A stretch of 12,940 nt of DNA from Candidatus Eiseniibacteriota bacterium (GTDB taxonomy: Bacteria; Eisenbacteria; RBG-16-71-46; CAZEPH01): the NCBI GenBank assembly GCA_044229145.1, contig JBGATO010000092.1, positions 1 through 12,940 on the forward strand. The letters are read 5' to 3'. The translations under genes and the position numbers were made by a program. Positions 1-6,929 of the stretch are shown one piece after another. Each line of letters starts with the position of its first letter. The first letter of the stretch is position 1. Under the pieces are notes generated by a model. That model was not told where the DNA came from. It worked only from the letters and a program-made list of their open reading frames with translations, and ran no database searches.

Positions 1-82
1 CGATTTCGAGCATCGGCCTGGGGTCCATCCCGTCGGCCTCGGAGGGGCCGTGACCGGCCGGGCGCTCCGGGGGAAAAGGAAA

Positions 83-159
83 TGGTCGGGGCGACTGGAT
101 TTGAACCAGCGACCACCTGCCCCCCATGCAGGTGCGCTACCAGGCTGCGCTACGCCCCG
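83..159 (-). tRNA. tRNA-Pro(GGG)
   Basis: Reverse complement reads CGGGGCGTAGCGCAGCCTGGTAGCGCACCTGCATGGGGGGCAGGTGGTCGCTGGTTCAAATCCAGTCGCCCCGACCA. Acceptor stem CGGGGCG/CGCCCCG, anticodon stem CCTGC/GCAGG with loop AT-GGG-GG, T-loop GGTTCAAATCC, encoded CCA. Confidence 0.97.
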
Positions 160-193
160 ACCGTGGGGAACCCGCAGGCTCCGCACGCGGGCG

Positions 194-223
194 AATCTAT
201 GCGAGGCCCGACCCCGCGCGCAA
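194..223 (-). promoter_or_regulatory. Putative sigma70-type promoter for tRNA-Pro
   Basis: Minus strand TTGCGC (223-218), 18-nt spacer, TAGATT (199-194), then GC-rich CGCCCGC about 35 nt upstream of the tRNA 5' end. Confidence 0.55.
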
Positions 224-251
224 GTCGGCCGGCGCGCGAACGCGGCGCGAT

Positions 252-674
252 TCAGCGGCGGGCGAAGGGCTCGCGCTCGCGCAGGCGGGCGAGGATGCGG
301 GACAGCTCTTCCTTCACTTCCTGCAGCGCCACCTTCTTCTCGGCATCCGCGAACCCCATCTCGACCTGCTCCGGGCTCTCGCGCCGTTCGTCGAGCAGCG
401 TGCGCCTCGCGCCCGCGATGGTGTAGCGGCGGTCGTAGAGCAGCTCCTTGATGCGGTAGAGAAGCTTCAGCTCCTCGGGGCGGTACATGCGGTTGCCGGC
501 GCGGTTCTTCTTGGGCCGCAGCATGCTGAACTGCGTCTCCCAGTAGCGCAGCACGTGCGCGGCGACATCGAGCTGGGTCGCCGCCTCGCTGATCGAGTAG
601 AACATCTTCTCGCGCGCTTGGGTGAGCGGCGCGCGACGGCGGCGGGCAGACGCAGCGGCGGCTGTGTCAGGCAT
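252..674 (-). CDS. MerR-family HTH transcriptional regulator (~140 aa)
   Basis: KMFYSISEAATQLDVAAHVLRYWETQFSMLRPKKNRAGNRMYRPEELKLLYRIKELLYDRRYTIAGA is a MerR winged HTH of the subfamily usually found just before tRNA-Pro(GGG). ATG at 674 overlaps the gpsA stop (ATGCCTGA); the ORF-track start at 725 is probably too long. Confidence 0.92.
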   Translation of the reverse strand: MPDTAAAASARRRRAPLTQAREKMFYSISEAATQLDVAAHVLRYWETQFSMLRPKKNRAGNRMYRPEELKLLYRIKELLYDRRYTIAGARRTLLDERRESPEQVEMGFADAEKKVALQEVKEELSRILARLREREPFARR

Positions 675-1680
675 GGGGCTCGTCCTCGGCGCGCGGGTCG
701 CGCGCCATGAGCGCGGCGATGGCATCCCGCGCGCTCACCTGTGAGAACAACACGGCGTGCACTTGTTCGACGATCGGCATGGCGATGCCGTGCGTGCGGG
801 CGAGGTCGTACACGGCGCGCGCCGTCGGCACGCCTTCGGCCACTTGGCCGATGCGTGCCTGCGCTTCGGACAGCGAAGCGCCGCGCGCCACGTATTCGCC
901 CAGGGTGCGGTTGCGACTGTGGCGGCTGGTGCAGGTGGTGATGAGATCGCCGAGGCCGGCGAGTCCGAAGAAGGTGTCGCGCCGTCCGCCGAGCGCGGCG
1001 CCAAGGCGTGTCATCTCGGCGAGACCACGCGTGAGCAATGCGCCCTTCGAGTTGTCGCCGAGGCCGAGGCCGTCGCTCATCCCGGCGGCGAGGGCGATGA
1101 CGTTCTTCACCGCGACTGCGATCTCGACGCCGGCGACGTCGCAGTTGGTGTAGACGCGGAACGTCGGCCCGGAGAACAGGCGCTGCACGGTCACCGCGGC
1201 CTCACGATCCGTGGACGCGGCGACCACCGCGGTCGGCATGCCGCGCACCACTTCCTCGGCGTGCGACGGCCCGGCGAGCACGACAAGCTGCGTGCGTGCC
1301 GCGTCCGGGTACGCGGCGCGCAGCACTTCGCTGAGCCGTTGGCCGGTGGCCGGATCGAAGCCCTTGGTGAGCGAGACGAGCAGCGGCACATGCGGCCAGC
1401 GCGTGGCGAGATCACGCGCGACGTCCGCGTACACCGCCGAGGGCACCGCGAGCACCACCACGTCCGGCGCCGGCGCGGCGTCCGACGCGAGGCAGCGAAT
1501 GGCGATCGCCGCCGGCAGTCCCACGCCCGGCAGGTAGCGGGCGTTCTCGCGCGCCTCGTTCATCGCCGCGACGTGGTGCACGTCGCGGCCCCACAACGTG
1601 ACCTGTGTGCCCCCGGCCGCGAGCACCAGCGCGATCGCCGTCCCCCAACTCCCCGCTCCGACGATCGACGCACGCAGCAT
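667..1680 (-). CDS. gpsA: NAD(P)H-dependent glycerol-3-phosphate dehydrogenase
   Basis: Rossmann motif IVGAGSWGTA, SLTKG, GPSHAEEV, catalytic KNVIALAAG, GLAGLGDLITTCTSRHSRNR, VAEGV. ATG at 1680 overlaps the plsY stop (TGATG). Confidence 0.96.
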   Translation of the reverse strand: MLRASIVGAGSWGTAIALVLAAGGTQVTLWGRDVHHVAAMNEARENARYLPGVGLPAAIAIRCLASDAAPAPDVVVLAVPSAVYADVARDLATRWPHVPLLVSLTKGFDPATGQRLSEVLRAAYPDAARTQLVVLAGPSHAEEVVRGMPTAVVAASTDREAAVTVQRLFSGPTFRVYTNCDVAGVEIAVAVKNVIALAAGMSDGLGLGDNSKGALLTRGLAEMTRLGAALGGRRDTFFGLAGLGDLITTCTSRHSRNRTLGEYVARGASLSEAQARIGQVAEGVPTARAVYDLARTHGIAMPIVEQVHAVLFSQVSARDAIAALMARDPRAEDEPHA

Positions 1681-2327
1681 CACGCGTCCGTCCGCGGGGC
1701 GAGGACGATCTTGGTCTCGGTGCCGGCGCGCAGGCGGCGGATGTTCGTGCGGTGCTTCCACACGATGAGCGACACCAGCGGTATCGCGATCACCAGCAGC
1801 GGCAGCAGCGGCGCCTGCCGCGGATGCAAGAACACGAGGAACGGCAGCAACGCGACCGCGGCGACGATGGAGCCGAGCGAGACGAAGCGCGAAATCGCGG
1901 TCACCACACCGAAGAGCAGGAAGCTACACAACGTCGGCCACGGTGCCACCGCCGCGAACACGCCGGTCGCCGTCGCCACGCCCTTGCCGCCGCGGAAACC
2001 GGCGAACGGTGTCCACATGTGGCCGGCGATCGCCGCAACCCCTGCGAGCATCGACACCCAGAACGGCGTCAGACCGAACGGCAGCGGCGTACCATCGACG
2101 CGCAACCGCGCGATCAACGCCACCGGAATCGCGCCCTTCACCATGTCGAGCAGCAAGACGGGCAACGCGGCCTTCCAGCCCAGCGTGCGCAAGACGTTCG
2201 TCGCCCCGAGATTGCCGGAGCCCACGGTGCGCAGATCGATGCCCTTCAATGCGCGTCCTGCCCACAGGCTGAACGCCAGGGATCCGCACACGTACGACAG
2301 CAACAGAATCACCACCAGCGAAAGCAT
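1680..2327 (-). CDS. plsY: Glycerol-3-phosphate 1-O-acyltransferase PlsY
   Basis: Motifs SYVCGS, DLRTVGSGNLGATNVLR, DMVKG, GHMWTPFAGFRGGKGVAT, SRFVSLGS, KHRTNIRRL, and several hydrophobic segments. Start MLSLVVILL at 2327 preferred over the track start at 2375. Confidence 0.95.
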   Translation of the reverse strand: MLSLVVILLLSYVCGSLAFSLWAGRALKGIDLRTVGSGNLGATNVLRTLGWKAALPVLLLDMVKGAIPVALIARLRVDGTPLPFGLTPFWVSMLAGVAAIAGHMWTPFAGFRGGKGVATATGVFAAVAPWPTLCSFLLFGVVTAISRFVSLGSIVAAVALLPFLVFLHPRQAPLLPLLVIAIPLVSLIVWKHRTNIRRLRAGTETKIVLAPRTDA

Positions 2328-2432
2328 GCGCGGCAACGACTCCGGGTCGAGGGCCTCGGTTCGAGATGTGCGCACGCCGGCCGAGAGCTCGGCCTGGGGC
2401 GCGCGACGCTCTCCAATTCACTTCCAGCGCGG

Positions 2433-2461
2433 ACTGTAACCGCAGGCCCCGGAACGCGCAA
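2433..2461 (-). promoter_or_regulatory. Putative sigma70-type promoter for plsY-gpsA-merR
   Basis: Minus strand TTGCGC (2461-2456), exactly 17-nt spacer, TACAGT (2438-2433). Same -35 hexamer as the tRNA-Pro candidate. Confidence 0.5.
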
Positions 2462-2570
2462 GACGAACGCGCCGGCGGGCCGGTCGGCCCCGCGTGCGGT
2501 TTCGCGCGGGGCGGCGTTTGGGTGATACGCCGCGGCGGGTCGCGGCGCGAATCGGTGACCACCCCTGCCG

Positions 2571-2577
2571 AAGGAGG
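2571..2577 (+). promoter_or_regulatory. Shine-Dalgarno site of the lectin gene
   Basis: AAGGAGG located 6 nt before ATG at 2584. Confidence 0.8.
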
Positions 2578-2583
2578 CGCCCC

Positions 2584-3837
2584 ATGTTGTCGAGTCCGCT
2601 CCCCCGCCCGTCCTCGTGGTCCGTCGTCGCTGGTCTGGGTTTGCTCGCCGGCCTCCCGGCCGCCGCCGGAGCCGTTGGCCTGCTGTCGGGTCCGGTCTAC
2701 AACGCGACCACCAAGCACACGTACTACCTGCTGGACCGCGGCACCTGGACCGAGTGCGAGGCGGCCGCCGTCCAGATGTGCGGCCACCTGGTGACCATCG
2801 ACGATTCGCTCGAGAACGCGTTCGTGTTCGACACCTTCAGCCGCTTCGCCGGCGTCGAGCGCGAGCTGTGGATCGGTCTGTCGGACGCGGCCGTCGAGGG
2901 GACGTTCACCTGGTCGAGTGGGTCGAGCGCGGCCTACCGCAACTTCGGCTCCGGCGAACCCAACAACCACGGCAACGAGGACTACGTGCACATGCTGCAT
3001 CCGAGCGACCCGCGCGCCGACGGCTCGTGGAATGACTGGCCGAACAGCTCGTCTCTCGACGTGTATCCGTGCAACGGTGTGGTGGAACTCGACGCGCCGG
3101 TGCTCGGCGGGCCGGAGATTCGCCCCGAGACCGGCCACGCCTACTACATCCTGCAGCAGAGCACGTGGACGGCGGCGGAGTCGAGCGCGTCGGCGTTCTG
3201 CGGCGGGCATCTGGTGACGATCGAGGACGCCAGCGAGAACACCTGGATCACGAACACGTTCAGCCGGTACGCGAACGTCGAGCGCGAGCTGTGGATCGGC
3301 CTCACGGACCAAGCGGCCGAGAACCAGTTCGTGTGGATCGACGGGAGCCTGGCCACCTACCGCAACTTCGCCGCGGGTGAGCCGAACAACAACGGTGGGA
3401 AGGAAGACTGGGTGCAGATCCTCCACCCGAGCGACCCGCACCCGGACGGCACCTGGAACGACTGGAGCAACACGAAGTCGCTGTCGACGTTCCCGTGCAA
3501 CGGCATCGTGGAACTGCCGGCGAGCCCCGCGCTCACCGCGATCGTCTCGCACGAGCCGAGCGGAACCCGCGATCTCACCGTCCAGGTGCGATCCGCGCAC
3601 GGGGCGACGGAGATCGAGCTGTCGTTGGCGCGGCCGAGCGGCGTGCGATGGGAGGTGTGGGATGCACGGGGACGTCACGTCGCCGCCGCGGATGCGGGGC
3701 GCCACGAGGCCGGCGTGCACCGGCTGGTGTGGCAACAGGCGGATGCGCGCGGACGGCAGGTGGCGCGCGGTGTGTACTGGATGCGAGTGTCGACCGATGA
3801 CGGCAGCGTCTCTCGGCCGCTGGTGATCACGCGGTGA
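2584..3837 (+). CDS. Secreted tandem C-type lectin domain protein with C-terminal FlgD-Ig/T9SS type-A-like domain (417 aa)
   Basis: Signal peptide of ~30 aa ending PAAAGA|V. Two repeats each with HxYY..TWT..E..GHLVTI..EN..LWIGL.D..E..F.W..G..YRNF..GEPNN..ED..WND..G(V/I)VEL. C-terminal EVWDARGRHV..AGVHRLVWQQADARGRQVARGVYWMRV...PLVITR. Strong RBS. Confidence 0.92.
   Translation: MLSSPLPRPSSWSVVAGLGLLAGLPAAAGAVGLLSGPVYNATTKHTYYLLDRGTWTECEAAAVQMCGHLVTIDDSLENAFVFDTFSRFAGVERELWIGLSDAAVEGTFTWSSGSSAAYRNFGSGEPNNHGNEDYVHMLHPSDPRADGSWNDWPNSSSLDVYPCNGVVELDAPVLGGPEIRPETGHAYYILQQSTWTAAESSASAFCGGHLVTIEDASENTWITNTFSRYANVERELWIGLTDQAAENQFVWIDGSLATYRNFAAGEPNNNGGKEDWVQILHPSDPHPDGTWNDWSNTKSLSTFPCNGIVELPASPALTAIVSHEPSGTRDLTVQVRSAHGATEIELSLARPSGVRWEVWDARGRHVAAADAGRHEAGVHRLVWQQADARGRQVARGVYWMRVSTDDGSVSRPLVITR
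2680..3516 (+). repeat. Internal tandem duplication of the C-type lectin domain (~2680-3090 and ~3100-3516)
   Basis: Shared DNA blocks include CGTCGAGCGCGAGCTGTGGATCGG, CCTACCGCAACTTCG, CCGAGCGACCCGC and CCGTGCAACGG. Protein blocks VERELWIGL, LHPSDP, WNDW and PCNG recur in both copies. Confidence 0.93.
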
Positions 3838-3843
3838 CACTCC

Positions 3844-3874
3844 GCGGGGAGGGCGCCTCGAGCGTCCTCCCCGT
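3844..3874. terminator. GC-rich hairpin between the convergent lectin and der stop codons (possible bidirectional terminator)
   Basis: GCGGGGAGGGCGC-ctcga-GCGTCCTCCCCGT: 13-bp stem (2 G:U on the + strand) in the 45-nt gap between the two stops. No U-tract on either side. Confidence 0.55.
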
Positions 3875-3882
3875 GTCGCGCG

Positions 3883-5304
3883 TTAGCGGCGGATGCCGCG
3901 CCCGTCGTCGCCGAGTTCCTCGAGCACCTCTCCGCGCTGCGCGCGCCGCGCCCGCAACGACAGCACGACCGGCGTCCCGGTGAAGTGGAACTCCTCGCGC
4001 AAATTGTTCTGCAGGTAGCGCAGGTATTCCTTGGGAATCGCGTCCGGCCGGCTCACGAACAAGGCGAAGTGCGGCGGCCGCGAACCGACCTGCGTCGCGT
4101 AGTAGATGCGCGCGTGCTTGCCATCGCCGGTGGCCGGCACCTGCCGCTTCTCGAGCAGGCGGCGCACCGCCTGATTGAGCTGCGAGGTCGGAATCTGCCG
4201 CGCCGACTCCTCCGCCAGCGCCGCACTGCGCACCAGCAGGTCGGCCACCTTGCGGCCGGTCTTCGCGGACACGAACAACATCGGCGCGCCGGGCAAGAAC
4301 GGCAGGTGGAAGTCGCGCTTCTCGAGCAGCTCGCGCTCGGCGCGGCCGCCTTCGTTGTCGACCTTGTCCCACTTGTTGAGGATGAGCAGGATCGGCCGCT
4401 CGGCCTCGAGCGCCGAACCGATGACGCGGATGTCCTGCCGCGTGAACGGATCGGTGGCGTCCATCACCACCGCGGCGACATCGCAGCGATCGAGCGCCTT
4501 GAGCGAGCGCAACGTCGAGTAGAACTCGGCGGCGTCATCGACCTTCGAGGCGCGACGGATGCCGGCGGTGTCGACGAGCGTGAACTCCTGCCCGCCCCAC
4601 TCGACGAACGAGTCCACCGCGTCGCGCGTGGTGCCCGGCGCGTCGTGCACGATCATGCGCTCCTCGCCGAGCAGCGCGTTGGTCAGCGACGACTTGCCGA
4701 CGTTCGGCCGGCCGATGATGGCGACGCGCGTCGACTCGAGATTCGGAGCGTCGGGATTCTCCGCCGGCAGCTTGGCGAGCACGACGTCGAGCAGATCGCC
4801 GATGCCGCGCCCGTGCGTCGACGAAATCGGATACGGCTGTCCGAGACCGAGCGCGAAGAACTCGTTCGACGCGCGCTCTTCGTTCGCGCCATCGGCCTTG
4901 TTGACGACGCAGAGCGCCGGCACGCCGCGCTTGAGCAGCGAACGCGCAATCTCGGCATCGAGGTCGGTGACGCCGGTCTGCGCGTCGACCATGAACAAGA
5001 CGACGTCGCTTTCGGCGATGCCGAGTTCGGCCTGCTGGCGGATCAGCACCTCCATGCCGGTGGCGGCCAGCGGCACGTAGCCGCCGGTGTCGACCAGCAT
5101 GAACGTGCGGCCGTTCCACAGCGCGTGGCCGTAGTTGCGGTCGCGGGTGACGCCGGGCCGGTCGTCGACCACGGCTTGCCGCCGTCCGAGCACGCGGTTG
5201 AAGAACGTCGACTTGCCGACGTTCGGCCGTCCGACCACCGACACCACGGCGCGCGCGCCGGGCGCCAAGACGCGCTGCGGCGCCTGGGGCGCATTCGCCT
5301 TCAC
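3883..5304 (-). CDS. der: Ribosome biogenesis GTPase Der (EngA), ~473 aa
   Basis: Two G domains (GRPNVGKS..GVTRD..DTGG..NKAD and GRPNVGKS..GTTRD..DTAG..NKWD) plus a KH-like C-terminus (YYATQV..PP.F..YLRYLQNNLRE.F.FTGTPV). True start is GTG at 5304 with RBS GGAGGAGG, overlapping the upstream stop (GTGA). Confidence 0.97.
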   Translation of the reverse strand: MKANAPQAPQRVLAPGARAVVSVVGRPNVGKSTFFNRVLGRRQAVVDDRPGVTRDRNYGHALWNGRTFMLVDTGGYVPLAATGMEVLIRQQAELGIAESDVVLFMVDAQTGVTDLDAEIARSLLKRGVPALCVVNKADGANEERASNEFFALGLGQPYPISSTHGRGIGDLLDVVLAKLPAENPDAPNLESTRVAIIGRPNVGKSSLTNALLGEERMIVHDAPGTTRDAVDSFVEWGGQEFTLVDTAGIRRASKVDDAAEFYSTLRSLKALDRCDVAAVVMDATDPFTRQDIRVIGSALEAERPILLILNKWDKVDNEGGRAERELLEKRDFHLPFLPGAPMLFVSAKTGRKVADLLVRSAALAEESARQIPTSQLNQAVRRLLEKRQVPATGDGKHARIYYATQVGSRPPHFALFVSRPDAIPKEYLRYLQNNLREEFHFTGTPVVLSLRARRAQRGEVLEELGDDGRGIRR

Positions 5305-6656
5305 TGTCCTCCTCCGCTGACGAATTGAGGCGTCATGCCTTCCTCCGCCGCTTGCCCCGGCCGCCATCCGGCCGGAATCTCCGTCACCCGCATGTCGAGC
5401 CCCAGATACAGGCGTGCGCCGAGGTCCGCCTCGAGCGCATCCACGGGCATGTCGTCGATGAATTTGTGCGCCGGATTCAGGCAGTTCGGCGGCAGACACA
5501 CGCTGTCGAACGTCCCGTGCTCGCGCACTTGCGGACCGATGTCGCGCCCGGCGACCAAGCCGGCCGCGGTGACCGATGGCCCGAGGTAGCGATTCTGGAT
5601 CGGTACCAGCGTCGCGTCGATGCCAGCGGCGCGCAGGTCGCGCACCAGCGTGCGTTCGAGCAGGCCCTTGGCCAGCTGCCCGGTGACGATCGCCACGCGT
5701 TCCCCTGGCGCGAAGGCACCGCGCGACAGCTGCCCGGCGGTCCAGTCGTCCTCGAACTGCCGCAGCATGCCGATGCCGTTCTCGATGATCGGAAAGCCTT
5801 CGTAGTGCGCGGCGGGCGGCGGGTCCTCGCCGAGCCGCACGTAGAACTCGTCGCCGAGCCACACGAAGCGCGTACCGAGTTCGCGCAGGAAGCGCTCTTG
5901 ATACGCCGCGACGCGATCGCGCGTCTCCGCGGCGATTTCGCGCGTCACCGGCGGAATCAACGGCAGCCCCGCGCGGAACTGCGTGAGTCCGACCGGCACG
6001 ACGCTGAGACTCATCACGCCGGGATGCAGCGCCGCGAGATCCTCGATCGAACGCGCCAGGATGTCGCCGTCGTTCCACGTCGGGCACATGACGATCTGCG
6101 TGTGCACCACGATGCCGGCGTCGAGGAACCCGCGCAGCATCGGCATGAGTTCCCGCGCGCGCTTCTGCCCGCCGAGCAATTTCACGCGCACCTCGGGATC
6201 GGTGGCATGCACGCTGATGTACAGCGGGCTCAAGTTCTGTTCGATGATGCGCTCGACGTCGCTCGGCTTGAGGTTGGTCATCGTGATGTAGTTCCCGTAG
6301 AGGAACGACAACCGATAGTCCTCGTCGCGGATGCGCACCGTCTCGCGCGCGTCCGGTGCGTTCTGATCCACGAAGCAGAACACGCACTTGTTGCCGCACC
6401 GCTTGGGATCCATGCCCTCGAACGACAGGCCGAAGCTGTAGCCGTACTCGCGCACGAATTCGACCTCGCGCACCTTCCCGGCGGCGTCCTCGAGGCGCAG
6501 CACGCCGGTTTCCTCGGCACTGCGGAAGGCGAAGTCGAGCGGGTCGACGAGCGGCGCGCCGTCGAGGTGCGTCACGCGGTCGCCCGGCTGTACGCCGAGG
6601 CGCTCCCCGAGACTTCCGGGATCCACGGCGGTGACGATCATCCGATGTCCGGCCAC
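5301..6656 (-). CDS. PDZ + DUF512 putative radical SAM / Fe-S protein (TIGR03279-like)
   Basis: N-terminal PDZ-like segment (VDPGSLGERLGVQPGDRVTHLDG), CxxxCxxC motif CGNKCVFC (6375-6398), DEDYRLSFLYGNYITMTN, SPLYISVHAT, VVPVGLT, DEFY, IENGIG, VTAAGL. GTG start with GGAG 6 nt upstream; ATG at 6641 is an alternative. Confidence 0.9.
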   Translation of the reverse strand: MAGHRMIVTAVDPGSLGERLGVQPGDRVTHLDGAPLVDPLDFAFRSAEETGVLRLEDAAGKVREVEFVREYGYSFGLSFEGMDPKRCGNKCVFCFVDQNAPDARETVRIRDEDYRLSFLYGNYITMTNLKPSDVERIIEQNLSPLYISVHATDPEVRVKLLGGQKRARELMPMLRGFLDAGIVVHTQIVMCPTWNDGDILARSIEDLAALHPGVMSLSVVPVGLTQFRAGLPLIPPVTREIAAETRDRVAAYQERFLRELGTRFVWLGDEFYVRLGEDPPPAAHYEGFPIIENGIGMLRQFEDDWTAGQLSRGAFAPGERVAIVTGQLAKGLLERTLVRDLRAAGIDATLVPIQNRYLGPSVTAAGLVAGRDIGPQVREHGTFDSVCLPPNCLNPAHKFIDDMPVDALEADLGARLYLGLDMRVTEIPAGWRPGQAAEEGMTPQFVSGGGQ

Positions 6657-6774
6657 GGCACACTCCGATTCACGACGGTCCGGCGGCGCACCGCCTCACT
6701 GGGAAGGTCAACACGACGCGATTGCGCGAGACTGCGGCGTCCCCGCGATGCCTGACGCCCAACCCGACGGGGAC

Positions 6775-6849
<75 letters not shown>

Positions 6850-6872
6850 TCTCGTCTTCTCCTGCGCGCGAA

Positions 6873-6902
6873 ATCTTGCGGCAGCGCCGGTGACCGTGTC
6901 AA
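6873..6902 (-). promoter_or_regulatory. Putative sigma70 promoter for tRNA-Gly (and possibly DUF512-der)
   Basis: Minus strand perfect TTGACA (6902-6897), 18-nt spacer, CAAGAT (6878-6873), then GC-rich TTCGCGCGC, 23 nt before the tRNA. Confidence 0.6.
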
Positions 6903-6929
6903 GCGCGACGCCGGGCAGCGGTCCCGGGG

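Noticed and set aside
34..50. Hairpin CGGCCTC-gga-GGGGCCG downstream of tRNA-Pro as a terminator
   Set aside because: Short stem with no following U-tract, plausible by chance at this GC content.
2680..3516. Diversity-generating retroelement (CTL-fold target with TR/VR repeat pair)
   Set aside because: Both repeats are in-frame coding domains, differences are not confined to adenines and include indels, and there is no reverse transcriptase in the window.
1924..3840. 638-aa minus-strand ORF antisense to the lectin gene and running into plsY
   Set aside because: Shadow ORF typical of high-GC codon bias. It has no recognisable motifs and overlaps two well-supported genes.
3883..6663. 926-aa ORF suggesting an N-terminally extended Der fusion
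   Set aside because: The first ~450 aa are an Arg-rich alternative frame over the DUF512 gene. Der starts at GTG 5304 behind a strong RBS.
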